From: Candidatus Tayloriibacteriota bacterium
GTDB lineage: Bacteria > Patescibacteriota > Minisyncoccia > Phycocordibacterales > PALSA-1337
NCBI GenBank assembly: GCA_052034805.1
Contig: JBPOID010000003.1
Location: 3,502-67,501, forward strand
Reading direction: 5' to 3'
DNA length: 64,000 bases
Position 1 is the stretch's first letter. Every line of letters starts with the position of its first letter. The notes beneath the pieces were generated by a model. It did no database searches, was not told where the DNA came from, and saw only the letters and a program-made list of their open reading frames with translations. Positions 59,246 through 64,000 of the stretch are shown here, one piece after another. The position numbers and the translations under genes were made by a program.

Positions 59246-62200
59246 CTATTGATTAGAGCTTGTATCAGAAGTTGCTGGTACGGTAACTACCGCTTCTGGT
59301 ACTGGAACAGAAGCAGATGTATCAGGAGTTATAGATACTGGAGCTACTTCTGTATTTGTCTGTACTGAATTATTTGTATTAGATATTGTATTGGTATTTG
59401 TATTAACATTATTATCTGTATTTATTACAGTATTTGTCTCTGTCTGATTTTCAGTATTAGGTACTGATGTATTTACTTCTGTATTATTAGAAGAACCAGA
59501 AGATTGACTTGTATTAGGCGTTATAACTGGAGTTGAAGTTGGAGTAGATGTTGAAATAGTTGTAGTTATAGTATTTAATATTGGAGAAACTATTTCTGTA
59601 TTTCCAATATAAGGAGTTGTTGTTGATATTGTTGGTGTTGTTATTATTGGATTTACTATAACTGTACTTGTTGCTGTTGAAGTAGCATTTAATGTATTTG
59701 CTTCTGTATTTACCATATCAGAATCTTTTGAAGTAAATAACTTTGCATTCTTCACAGCGAATGCTGTCCAACTAAATTCTATATCAACAGGTGCTGGTCT
59801 ATTTAGAATAATTGTGAATCCTTTTACACTTCTCTTTGTTATTAGAGATCTTATATCCTTATCAAATATTATATCTTCAATAGATTCTGTAGAAGTAGCT
59901 TCGTCTACACTAATCGAAGCATTAACGATAGGAGTATCTATATATTCTCTATCAAAGACAATATCGACTTTCTTTGCACCCTTCTTTATAAGAGCATTGC
60001 CTGCAGTATCGACGGTAAAGTATGGTCTTCCAAAGAAGATAGTATCAGAAAGTATAGATACCATAGTTGAAGTGGCACCTATAGAATCAACTAACAATCC
60101 TCCAGAGAATAGAGCTTGTTTGCTTATATTTATAGAATCAAATGCTGCAATATTTGCTGTTATAGAACCCTTGAATAAAGCATTTCCAATATTATCAAAT
60201 GACAACAATACAGTCTTTGTAGATGTAGCTATTGTAGGCAATGTAGATGTAGCTTCTGTAGAAGTTGATGAGTCTGTATTTATATCTACAACTGAAGCTA
60301 ATATATTCTTGCTCAAAGAGAATATACCATCATTTCCTAATTCCATAACTATAGAACCATTCTTTATAATAGATGTTTCAAGTGTATTTGTCTTTATGTT
60401 CTTAGCAGATATAGTTATACCTTCTACTGATTCTGATTTTAATATTCTAGTTATAACATTTGAACTTAGAACATCTGATACTGCTGTAATTTTATCTGCA
60501 AATACTTCAGATCTAGCAGAAGCCATGGTATCTCTCTGTTTCTTTACATTTGAAAGATAAGATAAGAGATCTGCTTGATGTGAATCATATATTCCAGAAG
60601 CAAATCCTGCTAATTCATTTGTAGAAGTAGCTATGTCTTGAGGATTAATATCTGAATTAATATTTGAATTAGTATTTGAATCTAGAAGAGATTTCAATTG
60701 ATCACCATTCAAAGCTAGAGAATCATCAGCGGAATCTCCTAGATAATCAACTAGATTTACGAACATTGTTATAGTTGTACATTTTCTATTTGGTATTGCA
60801 ATTCCACCCGCTGGACAATCGACTAGATTTGCAGTGTCAATACCAGATAATGCTTTTCCTATAACATGACCAGCTAAAGTTGCCTTCATAGCATAACCAG
60901 GAATACTTGATGGAGTAAGTTTATCACCTTGTCTTATCATTCCATTTTCTGTTGTAACCTTTACAGGTACACGACCTATAAGAGCTATTGGATAAGAATT
61001 CTCTGTATATGCACCAGCTACGAATCCAGGATCAGTTGAAACAACTCCCATTACATCTCCTTGATATTGATATGTCGTTTTCTTTACACCATGATTATTC
61101 TGTGGATCTATAGCTACAACATCTCCGAAATCTAATTCTTCTTGTGATGTATATCTTTCTGCAAGATCGGCACCAGAAGTATTGAATGTTCCTCCAGTCT
61201 GAGCAAATATATCTCCAGCAGAACTTACGCGGAACATAGATAATCCATCTGATTGCAAATCAATAAGATCTTTATCTTTTGTAACCTTGTATTCATACAA
61301 TACTGGAGTTATAACAGGTCTCTGAGGATAAGCCATAGCAGAACCACCATTGTTATTCCATGTATCAGTATATATACCTCCATAAGATGGGAATGATCTT
61401 CGGAAATTAAAGTTTATAGAAAGCCAAGTATCATTTGGTCCTGGATTTATAAGTCCACCCGATTTTGCAATTTCTCTTGTTGTAGATGTTGACAATGCAG
61501 CTTGAGTAGGAGCGGTTCTAACCTCTGCAGATATACCTCCTAGAGCAGTCATACCGACATTTGACTTCCATACCAAGGTAGAATTTGAATCAAGTTTTGT
61601 ACCCACAGGAGAAAGGTCAAATTGTTCAGATTTATATATACCACTAGGTACCCAACCAGCATCATATGTTTGAACAAGACTAGTTGCAGAAGTTGTAGCA
61701 CCTCCCAATATAATTACGAATTTTCCATCAGATCTTTGGAATGCAACTCCTCCAGAGTTAGCAGTAGCAGAGTTTGCAAGAGTAGGTCCAGCTACAAACG
61801 ATCCTATAGTTGATTGTGGTCCCAAAGCAGTAAGAGCACCAGCCTGTTCTATATAAATATTTGTAGTGTTCTGACCAGCTAGAGCGGCAGTACCAGCACC
61901 TTCTACTATGAGCCATGAACCATCTGGACGAGGTAATGCATAACCACCCAATCCTACTCCATTACTTGATGTAAATGCAGGACCAGTTGTTGTTATTTGG
62001 TTTTGAATAGGATTGTAAACACCAGTACCAGTTGAACCTGCACAAGAAGCAGCTGTAGCACCTCCACGAACTATAATCCATTGTCCATCAGATCTTTGGA
62101 ATGCAAATGCTCCTGGTCCAGTACCTCCAGTGTTTGTAGGAGCTCCAGTAAATGTGAAATCCATAGTATAAGGATCGAAGTTATTCGTAATAGTGTTAGG

Positions 62201-64000
62201 AGTAGGACAAGTTTTACCTCGAGGATATGTAGGCATACCAGGAATAAATAGATATGTACCATTTGGACGAGGCACCCATAGAGATCCAGGACCAACAGCA
62301 GCAAATGTTGCAGCAGTTGTCAGAGGACGAGGTCCAACTGTCATAGTATTATTCACAGGATCATATATAGAAGAATTACTTGTAAGACCTCCATGCATTA
62401 TAAGTACACGTCCATTAGGAAGTGGTATAGCAGAAGCACCGATACCAGCACCAGTTGTACCAGATACACTGGCTAAGTTCGGACCATCTATAAATGTATT
62501 TGCTACTGGATCATATATATTTGTTGTAGAAGTCGCAGCGAAACTACCTTCACCAAGAATAATTAAGAATTTGCCATCTGGCCTCTTGAATGCAAATCCT
62601 CCTGTACCTATAGGTGCTGTAGGAGAAACTGTATTTAGAGTTGTTGTACCAGTTGCTTCATCATATATTTGAGAGTTTGGAATAGATGAACTTGCAGATA
62701 TAATTACGAATTTTCCATCAGGCCTCTTCATAACTATAGTAGTTGAAGCTGTAGGAACATAAAGTCTTGGGGCATTCTGGAATGAGCCATTGTAGAAATT
62801 AGGATTTGTAGCATTTATAGTAGAGCCATATCCAACACCAGCAGCCAAAGCCAATGCATTTGCACGATTCTTATCATTTGTAATATTTATAGCAGCAGGA
62901 CCAGAATCTGGAGCAGTTGAAGAAGATACGGCATTTCCAAAATCAAATTGAGTTCTATGAAGTGATGTACTATTATCTACAACAATTGATGATATAGTTG
63001 GATCAGCATTCACACGACGATATCTGGTTATACCTCCCTTTCTTAATCCCCATTCTTGATCAAGGAATCTCGGTAATTCACGTTGGAATGTAAATTTGAA
63101 TTGAATAAGATTGTCAGCTGTTGTAGTTGCACGTATAAGATCTCCACTATTTCCTATTGGTCTATATTCTGCAGAAGAACAGGAAGATGGACTTGTAGCT
63201 GTTCTTACATAAACTTTAATAGTTCCTTCACTATTTGTAGTCCAATTCAAAGTAGAATCAGGAGAAAGATTTGTACTACTTATACATTCACTTTCATAAT
63301 ATGCATCTTGTTGATTGGCACGATTAGTACCTGTAATAAAGTTCATATCATATATATCCATGGTGTTCTTGAATCCACCATTTATAACAGCATATCTACC
63401 ATCAGGTAACATAAATGCAGTTAGACCATAACCACCAGTATTAGATAGAGTCAAACTAGTATTAGAGAATTGTGGTGCAAGATAATTACTTGTACCAGGT
63501 ATACCAGATCCAGCATCTATAACATTTATCATATTTCCTACTGTGGTACTTGCTGAAAGTAATAGATAATTACCATCTTGTCTCCATATAGATTGAGCCC
63601 CATCAGAAAGTATAGATGTAGGTCCAACACCTAGATCACCAGAGAATCCTCCTGTTGAACCAGTTGTTGTTCCGACAGGTTTGTAAATAAATGATTGAGA
63701 AGCAGGACCTGGTAATGTAAGGAATGTACCATCTTGTCTTCTTATAGAGAATGCTCCATTAGCTATTCTTACTGGCGTAGTAGGTCCTGTAAGCATAGTA
63801 CCTGTAATAATGTTTGAGGCAACTGTGTTTCCAGAATAAGGATTATATACATATGTTGTATTAGTACCTCCTTGATAAATAAGGAAAGTACCATCATCTC
63901 TTTGTAATGCATGTGTACCAGCACCCCAAGTACCAGTTATACCTATACTTACATTTGTATATCCTGCATTTGTTGCAGCAGAAGGGTTATATATACCCCA
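59246..64000 (-). CDS. Giant surface protein (at least 1584 aa, 5' truncated): Kelch-like propeller repeats, ADLAE-type chaperone-like domain, Thr/Asn/Pro-rich tail
   Basis: Frame stays open from 63796 to the window end (..ALQRDDGTFLIYQGG..); repeats of RPDGxFxIxxG...IYDPxxNT..GP; GADLAERY..GVVST..GRVPVKV..IGKAL. Confidence 0.8.
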   Translation of the reverse strand, partial: WGIYNPSAATNAGYTNVSIGITGTWGAGTHALQRDDGTFLIYQGGTNTTYVYNPYSGNTVASNIITGTMLTGPTTPVRIANGAFSIRRQDGTFLTLPGPASQSFIYKPVGTTTGSTGGFSGDLGVGPTSILSDGAQSIWRQDGNYLLLSASTTVGNMINVIDAGSGIPGTSNYLAPQFSNTSLTLSNTGGYGLTAFMLPDGRYAVINGGFKNTMDIYDMNFITGTNRANQQDAYYESECISSTNLSPDSTLNWTTNSEGTIKVYVRTATSPSSCSSAEYRPIGNSGDLIRATTTADNLIQFKFTFQRELPRFLDQEWGLRKGGITRYRRVNADPTISSIVVDNSTSLHRTQFDFGNAVSSSTAPDSGPAAINITNDKNRANALALAAGVGYGSTINATNPNFYNGSFQNAPRLYVPTASTTIVMKRPDGKFVIISASSSIPNSQIYDEATGTTTLNTVSPTAPIGTGGFAFKRPDGKFLIILGEGSFAATSTTNIYDPVANTFIDGPNLASVSGTTGAGIGASAIPLPNGRVLIMHGGLTSNSSIYDPVNNTMTVGPRPLTTAATFAAVGPGSLWVPRPNGTYLFIPGMPTYPRGKTCPTPNTITNNFDPYTMDFTFTGAPTNTGGTGPGAFAFQRSDGQWIIVRGGATAASCAGSTGTGVYNPIQNQITTTGPAFTSSNGVGLGGYALPRPDGSWLIVEGAGTAALAGQNTTNIYIEQAGALTALGPQSTIGSFVAGPTLANSATANSGGVAFQRSDGKFVIILGGATTSATSLVQTYDAGWVPSGIYKSEQFDLSPVGTKLDSNSTLVWKSNVGMTALGGISAEVRTAPTQAALSTSTTREIAKSGGLINPGPNDTWLSINFNFRRSFPSYGGIYTDTWNNNGGSAMAYPQRPVITPVLYEYKVTKDKDLIDLQSDGLSMFRVSSAGDIFAQTGGTFNTSGADLAERYTSQEELDFGDVVAIDPQNNHGVKKTTYQYQGDVMGVVSTDPGFVAGAYTENSYPIALIGRVPVKVTTENGMIRQGDKLTPSSIPGYAMKATLAGHVIGKALSGIDTANLVDCPAGGIAIPNRKCTTITMFVNLVDYLGDSADDSLALNGDQLKSLLDSNTNSNINSDINPQDIATSTNELAGFASGIYDSHQADLLSYLSNVKKQRDTMASARSEVFADKITAVSDVLSSNVITRILKSESVEGITISAKNIKTNTLETSIIKNGSIVMELGNDGIFSLSKNILASVVDINTDSSTSTEATSTLPTIATSTKTVLLSFDNIGNALFKGSITANIAAFDSINISKQALFSGGLLVDSIGATSTMVSILSDTIFFGRPYFTVDTAGNALIKKGAKKVDIVFDREYIDTPIVNASISVDEATSTESIEDIIFDKDIRSLITKRSVKGFTIILNRPAPVDIEFSWTAFAVKNAKLFTSKDSDMVNTEANTLNATSTATSTVIVNPIITTPTISTTTPYIGNTEIVSPILNTITTTISTSTPTSTPVITPNTSQSSGSSNNTEVNTSVPNTENQTETNTVINTDNNVNTNTNTISNTNNSVQTNTEVAPVSITPDTSASVPVPEAVVTVPATSDTSSNQ

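Noticed and set aside
59814-63409. Long plus-strand ORFs (248, 159 and 108 aa) and the other short antisense ORFs in the track
   Set aside because: Antisense shadows of well-supported genes with no recognisable motifs or start signals

Overview
Low-GC chromosomal segment, most likely from a Patescibacteria/CPR (Parcubacteria-like) genome, judged from 16S signatures and gene content. It uses the standard genetic code (TGA stops). 1-32.5 kb is a large two-armed surface-glycan locus: Wzm/Wzt exporter, many glycosyltransferases (GT2, GT4, GT11, GT17-, GT47- and GT-C-like), six methyltransferase domains, an sxtIJK-like carbamoylation cassette and a GMC oxidoreductase. 32.5-51 kb is housekeeping: groES/groL, secG, a peptide-binding protein, RNase J, MFS, DedA-PAP2, two-component proteins, a Cas4/AddB-like nuclease, PPIase, DHH, four tRNAs, gatA and a short pyk. 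51.4-53.1 kb is a stand-alone 16S rRNA gene with a structured ~160-nt insertion and no anti-Shine-Dalgarno tail. 53.3-64 kb is a surface-protein locus: three membrane-anchored cohesin-like proteins, a FN3/poly-Gly/dockerin protein, three tandem small paralogs and a giant propeller-repeat protein cut by the window edge. Highlights: (i) a helically phased DnaA-box cluster written in frame inside a glycosyltransferase gene; (ii) a non-cellulolytic cohesin-dockerin surface assembly; (iii) a coherent SD-independent translation-initiation picture (no anti-SD, leaderless promoters, variant initiator tRNA). All family assignments come from motif recognition by eye; no searches were run.
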